A stretch of DNA of 63,989 bases, counting the filler, from Perkinsus olseni (taxonomy: Eukaryota): the NCBI GenBank assembly GCA_013115125.1. It is 3 parts of 3 records of this genome, joined end to end, with 100 filler letters (N's around TTAATTAATTAA, not from the genome) between each part and the next. Parts side by side here need not be neighbours in the genome. Positions count along the whole stretch, not along the records: positions 44,165 to 63,989 come from JABANN010000591.1; 2 more parts are not named here. One strand, written 5' to 3'. Numbering within the stretch: position 1 is the stretch's first letter; the number at the start of each line of letters is the position of its first letter. A model generated the notes under the pieces. It was given only the letters and a program-made list of their open reading frames with translations, did not search any database and was not told where the DNA came from. Shown piece by piece: positions 57,904-63,989 of the stretch. The position numbers and the translations under genes are program-made.

Positions 57904-60900
57904 TCACCGACCCTTGGGAGTTGCCTTCCAAACCAAGCTATTTCGTGAGAGAGTCTACTACACGTCAATCACACAGATCACAATACGTGAGCTGATTCAC
58001 AAGGAATCGCTCCTCCACTGGACGATATCCAAGGTTCACTTCAACCAATACAAAATCACTGGCGAGCTTCGCTCCGCTGAACGCCTTTAATCTTACCAGC
58101 CGCTGCTCCTCCTTCTCCACCCACTCCGGCCTGCTCTCGCAGTTCTTCCAAAGTCTCCCCTCGGAAAACCCACCGGCCGGATCTGGCAACTCCAATGGGG
58201 ACAGCACGCTTGTGCAGCGGCTCACTTCAAATCAGCAAACTCCTTTATAAGGCGTCTGATGGCGTGATCGGTGAGCGTGCACTTCTTGCCCGAAACCCGT
58301 TCGAACTCATCCGTGATCTCCTTCTTAGTAGCACTGTCCTTCATGCGATAAATAGCCAGCAAGACCGAGCGGTAAGTATCAATCTGAAAACGACAAGTCG
58401 AGACAACTTCCAAACATGACATATCCTAACACCCATCCTCGGATGGAGTTCTAGTCTGAATGAATCCAGCTGGCTGGCCTTTAAAGTTTAAACGAGTCCA
58501 ATGAATCTATCAAAGTCCATTGATGCCCAGTTGCTCAACAACTGTGGGTGTATGCTACCGCCAATCCAGCAGCATCGACATCGACAACGCACGGCACAAC
58601 GGGGACCCAACAATGAATCAAACGACAGACTCCACTCGAGATTTCTCAGCTCTCAAGGACGCCTCCAATTCTTAACGAACGCTAGAGGCTTCGCATGGCA
58701 GGGAGATTCACATGCCTACCAGGATTCCCTACCTCACAACTGACATCAGAAGAATGAGTCACTGTGACACTTCGAAACCAGCGCATCCCTAAATTCCCGC
58801 GCGCCCCAAATTTGAGCCACTACCTCCTTGTGACCAGTAGAAGTGAGAATCCACTTATCACGAATCTTCATCCCGCCAGCCTGCTTCATCGCCTCGACTG
58901 CATTAGCATCCGTGACGATATCCTGTGGATACCTACCACACGATTCCCAAATCATACAAGATTCTCGCGAGCATCAACATCTTCAGCACAGTACAGCCGG
59001 ACCCTTCAGTACAGAGTTTGCAGCAGCTTCCTTATCTCCGTAACGCTCGCCACAGCCTTGCCGATCCTCTCCTTCACTCTGTTGACAGCGTTGTTGGTTA
59101 GCTTCAGAGTGTCCGCTGATGAGGGAGATGAAGGGGATGATCCACCTGCCAGCAAAGCGTGATATAAGCTCAAATAGGTCGCGAGTTCAACTCCCACAAC
59201 TGACACTAGATACACCCAAACGACTCCAGAAGCGTGCCAATGATGTCCGCGACTACAAGAGGTGCTCGAAAGACCTCTCCTCTATTAAAGGAAGACTCTC
59301 TTGACGAATTTAACATGCGGAAGACGGCCCTGGAACCACTTTGGAGCACTCAGGAAAGCAGTCCAGTGAACACCCGGACTACGTCAACCATCACCACCAG
59401 TACTACCAGACTGCTGCATCTCCTTCTCCTTCTTCCACTTCGTCCTCAACTCCTGAAGCCCACCTTTGAACAGCCGTCATGCATACCGTTCGTACCATCA
59501 ATCTAGCCTCAGCCTGGTCATGCTGTCGCTGAGCTACTTCTGGGAAATTCTTCCCAAATTCCTCATCATACGGTATTCTCAATTGAAGCGATCTCGTCGA
59601 GGAGTTGAACACGCAAATAGGTTTCAGCACCTGTCAACGAAGGAGCGCACATGAAACCACTCGTCTCCCTTCCACAGCCGATCTCGGCCATTACTAACAC
59701 TATCATCGGGTAGGTAAATGCACGATACACCGCTAACCCTGCGGCTGCATTAATATATAGTCCGGGCGAAAAACTGTCCACAGGCGGTCTGCTTCCTCTG
59801 AATCTCGAGCATTGGAACGAGAGCGGATGAGTCGTTGGATGAGAAATTTGTGGAGCTTTCGAACGGTATGAATTTCGTAGCACAAACTGATCTGTCTTCA
59901 CAGTGTAGGTACATAACAGAGTGGGCTGTCCATACACTATAACGATCTCCCATCAACTACAGTTGCCGGATCAAATGAAGGACGAAATTTGAATACATTG
60001 CGATCTGAGTTTCAAGGAAGGTTGCGTAGAGGGTTACTGAGATCTATGGAACGGTCGCACGGTGAGACTGAAATTAAACGAAAGAAAAAAAAAGAAAAAA
60101 GGAAAACTAAAACAAGAATGAAAAAACTTTTTCCCTACGAGAAAAATCATTTTGGGTCTACATGAGTATAGCAGATCCACAGAATATCGAAGCCACATGG
60201 CGCATATGCCGTGGTCGCACCGTGCGGTCGATGCGCCAATGGAAGCGAATTTCCTCCTTCACAATGAGACATCCCGTAAGTGGTTATTTTCGTCACCAAA
60301 CTCATGCTTGCCTCCATCATTACCTCGGCAATCTCCATATCCGTGAAGCCCGTAGCCGCCTTCAAATGCTCCACACCGAACGGTCTCTTAGTGCTCAATA
60401 ATAACAACACCAAATCCCGCAAATCATGATACTTGGGAGCGTGGTTCGTCAAACGAGAGCTCAACACCCACACTCCGCGAACCTGAGAATTCACGCCTGA
60501 GCATCCCACAACCCAGGCCACCACCTACCAGAACGGAACAGTTCTCCAAGTGAGAGATAATGGCATTGTCCGTCAGGTTGTGGCGGGTATTAACCGGAAG
60601 AAGATTCACCTAAATGACGAAGCATTCATTCGACTACATAGAGCCTGCTCCCTACAATCTGTTTCGAATAGTTAGCCACGGCTAGCTTCTTCATAATTGT
60701 CTCTAACTGTTGGTTCGCATCGAGGCGTCCAAGGTCGCCCCACTCGTCCTTCACACCAACAACATTGCCACACAACGACGTCAAGTACCTGATTCTGTGT
60801 CATGATCCATTCTCAATAGATTTCCCAATTTTCTGATCTCATGATTGATCTCCTAATTCACTTTCTAATTTTCTGATGGTTCTCCCGATTGATTTTCTAA

Positions 60901-63868
60901 TCGTCCTATTGATTTTCCAATTTTCTGATTGGCTTTTTGATTGGTTTTTTGATTTTCTGGTTCTGATTCAGTTTCTTAGACGAACATAAACCCACCCCCA
61001 TCATTACGCGTCCTGATCCTTCACGTGGAAGTGCAGCTCCGCAGTCCTCCTCTCCCTCTTCGCCCGAGCATCGATATCCTCCCACTGCTTAGCACTTTCG
61101 CTAACAACTGGTGTCAAGAACTGTCGCTCATATATATCAGCCGCCTAAAAGAAAGAAGTTTTTCCGGAAAATCTACCCAGAGAACTTGCAATGAGCAAAG
61201 ACTGGCAGCGCCCGCAAAACCAGCGCAGACGGTCAGCAGCCGACCGAACCCATCCGATTGCTATGTTCACTCATTGACCCTTCATCTCGTGTAATGCTAC
61301 CGCACATGCCAAAATATATCATGAAGACTAACGGTTACAGCAAGATGAAGGTATTGTCACTTGCCCTGAGTGAAGGACCGATCTGCTACCTCAGGCGAGT
61401 CAGCATCGTAGAAGTCCAGCTCCTTCCACGGGCCTTCTTCTTCCTCCCCTTTTTCCTTCTCCTCACCCTCCTTGCCCTCTTCCTCATTCTTCGTTAAGAT
61501 GCTATGATCCTGACACAGGACCCTTTGATAAACCAGCGCCTTTCGGAAGTCATACAAAACTCCACGTTAGCCAATTTCACAGCCACCATCATACCCAAAA
61601 TCCGGAAAACACAGAAAACTCCGTCACGCTGCCAGCGTGACGCTGGCACCCCAACGGCTCATTTTATGCGACAACCCCCATTATAACCTGTCGCAAGGCT
61701 CCCAGTAAGGATTGCTGATAACGCTGCTTCGCTCCCATGGACGTGGCCCCCCTCGCCAAACTCGTACTAGCCGATATAACTTGGGACTTCTTATTACTAG
61801 CCTTCACCGGCTCCAATGCTCCTTCTGAAAGTAAAGTCAACAATGGTGTTTCACTTGGAATACGTAAAAGCGGAAAACGGCAAAATAGCGACGTTATTTA
61901 AGACCAAATCACTTTGGACATACACATGACATGCTTCCCGAAAAGACAGTTCTATCGCGGAAAACGGGGTCGAAATTGTTTTTCGCGTCATCCGAAGCTT
62001 AAGATTGGGGCTCTTCTCGTGAAATCTGACTACACTTTCTCGCACAGAGAAAAATGCGAAAACGTGAAATACGGCGAAGTCGGAGCATTTCCCGAGATAA
62101 CGCCGTAATCAGAAACAGCGAATTTGTCGTGAAGTGTCGAGTTTACATCGCGTTTTACACATAACTTGGGTCTTCGCCTCTAATATTTGGCATTAAACGT
62201 GTTTATCGCGAGACTTGCGCGTTGAACACCGTGTCATCAGGATAGCAATACGACCCCAGGAGCCGCTACCGTTGTGCGCCCGCATTCCGCCAGAGGGCCA
62301 CCTCACTCAGGAGCGGAGTCCGTCAGACTACTGGCATTTCACGTTGGGGCCTCCGGGAAGTACAATACAGTACAACCCATCACACAGCCATGTGTAGCGA
62401 CCAGTCTTGCGGACTCCTCTGTGAGGGAAAGTGGGGATCGGTCTGGGGACCTTTTAGTAGAGAGCCCTGCACATTGATATGGTACCAGGTGATACCAGTT
62501 CCGTGAAAAACGCGCAGAAACTTCGCGCTTAAAGACCGTGAGCGAGAGACGCCTCTTGTATTTCGCGCGTTTCTCGCCTAATGTGAAGTGCGTTTTCGCT
62601 AGTGTTGTGCATATTCGCTGGTGGAACTCCAATAACAACCACTTCGTGAGATCACAAGCATCGCTCGCTTATTCAGCAGATCGAAGAATCCAGAGCTACA
62701 TGATGACTCGAAAAAACTTGCTGCTGCTTCAAAATATGAACGTGAAACCGGTGCCATTCGAAAGCTCCCAAACTGGAGTTCTCCCAAACTGGGAACGGAA
62801 ATTGATTTTTGCTACACCCTGTGTAATTACACAACGCGCTGCAGTTTAAGGAATTGTTGATTACTCCCAATACTACGACTACGACCACCCATCCCATTGC
62901 CCGCCCTACTACTTTCCTCATTCTCAGCGGACTGTTTCCCCCGTATCTTAGCCGCCATTGCTTGTCTCTCTTGTCGATCCCTATCCACATGCGTGAAGTC
63001 AGGACGCAACTGGCAGAAGGAGGCCAGAGGGGCGAGGGTGAGCTGCCCGGAATTCACCGCACCCACGCAGTACGTACCTACAAGATCATCACTACCATAC
63101 GGGAAAGACAAAAAATATATTTTACAGGATTTATTAGTGACAGTTTTGGCCATGAGAATTTGCTCTCGCATGGAGCTGTGCGTGGCAGTCTGGTCAAAGG
63201 TCTCTGCATCATCATTCAGTTTGTACCGCAATCTCAGTTTCTTCTGATCATCTCTTAGCTCAACTCTCTCAAGATACCCCTGGTCACCATAGGCCCGATA
63301 CACAGGTCGTAGAGGGTACCTACGGAAGGCAACTTTCTAGCGATACAGCAAACACAGCTTCTCCGTCGATGAAGCGATTCCGGAAGAAATAATCGGAATA
63401 ATGAATAATAACAGACTTGATTCGATCTCCGCACGTAAAATGGATTCTAAGTTTCACAATCGGTTTTCCGAACGCCCTCTTAATTCAAGTCATTGCCCTA
63501 CAGATACGCAACTGGCGACGATGTGAGTTTACAGTTCGGCGTTGGACTATGAACTCACACACTGGCGACGATCCTTCCGGAACGACTCTCCGGTCTACCA
63601 ATTCTTTGGAAAGTAATCGTGAATATACAGTATCATTTTCCCGTACCCGATTTTATCTCATCCGCAGCAAGTGGGCCCCCTTCTAGTTTAGTTATTATCA
63701 TTATTGTTATTATTACTGTAGCAAATACATCTCTCCTGTAAAGTCCGGAGGGTCCTGCATTCTGTTCAGAAATACCGGTATCTCGTGGACAATCTCATCG
63801 TCCTCATCATTACCCGAAGACGATGAGGGCGAGGCTGGGCTCATCACAACATCATCATTGCTCGGCAT
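57904..63868 (-). CDS. POLR3E: DNA-directed RNA polymerase III subunit RPC5 (C37/Sin-like), multi-exon
   Basis: Exons read DEDDEIVHEIPVFL, YPLRP, YCVGAVNSGQLTLAPLASFCQLRPDFTHVD, EEGPWKELDFYDADSPE, LDANQQLETIMKK, WVLSSRL...LRDLVLLLL and LRIPYDEEFGKNFPEVAQRQH, then a C-terminal winged-helix-like exon (IDTYRSVLLAIY...IRRLIKEFA). Order is collinear with RPC5. Confidence 0.82.
60817..60972. repeat. Degenerate T-rich minisatellite (TTTTCTGAT / GATTGATT units) in an RPC5 intron
   Basis: Recurrent CAATTTTCTGAT and TTGATTTTC motifs. Confidence 0.65.
62252..62455. ncRNA. Candidate structured RNA or fold-back element in the ~1.1-kb RPC5 intron
   Basis: Nested complementary pairs: CCCCAG/CTGGGG (62254-59/62443-48), CCTCAC/GTGAGG (62301-06/62421-26), GGAGTCCG/CGGACTCC (62315-22/62410-17) and AGACT/AGTCT (62325-29/62403-07), plus two apical hairpins. 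Confidence 0.35.
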
Positions 63869-63989
63869 CGTCGAGGAGAGGAACAACTACAAGATCTGTC
63901 TATTTGTCTCGAACGAGGAAACCCATAGACGCTGAGGTTGGGAGAGGCATACGCGAAACCAGAACCCGCGAGAGGGGACACCAGGTGTC

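Noticed and set aside
62200-62245. CTGATGA (minus strand) as a hammerhead ribozyme core
   Set aside because: There is no properly placed stem II plus GAAA partner.

Overview
This is eukaryotic, intron-rich, gene-dense protist DNA. Short GT-AG introns, gene content and co-oriented gene runs suggest a Perkinsus-like alveolate, which is an inference. There are four assembly gaps, two containing a TTAATTAATTAA linker. Recognisable genes are a Leu/Phe-tRNA-protein transferase-like gene, an Aurora/PLK-like kinase, an intronless PGM2-family phosphomutase, a STE11/MEKK-like kinase, a CEP164-like WW + B-box protein, an intronless secreted S41/CPAF-like protease, ALG9, a PDZ protein, IFT22/RABL5 and Pol III subunit RPC5. 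Several coiled-coil and hypothetical genes are also present. Mobile DNA comprises a 449-bp PIF/Harbinger-like MITE in a palindromic target site and, right next to it, a decayed ~7.3-kb LTR retrotransposon with a BEL/Pao-type RT, an iMet PBS and a very long Gag N-terminal region. Several micro- and minisatellites occur. Most unusual observations: (i) five tRNA-derived relics in the first 12 kb, three making up much of short spliceosomal introns, two of them in the aminoacyl-tRNA-using transferase gene; (ii) a BEL/Pao-like element with non-BEL Gag features outside animals; (iii) retroelement frameshifts that each coincide with short templated duplications; (iv) a GC-rich, rod-like folding island in an RPC5 intron. 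Multi-exon gene boundaries were read by eye and are approximate. No rRNA, intact tRNA or CRISPR array was found.
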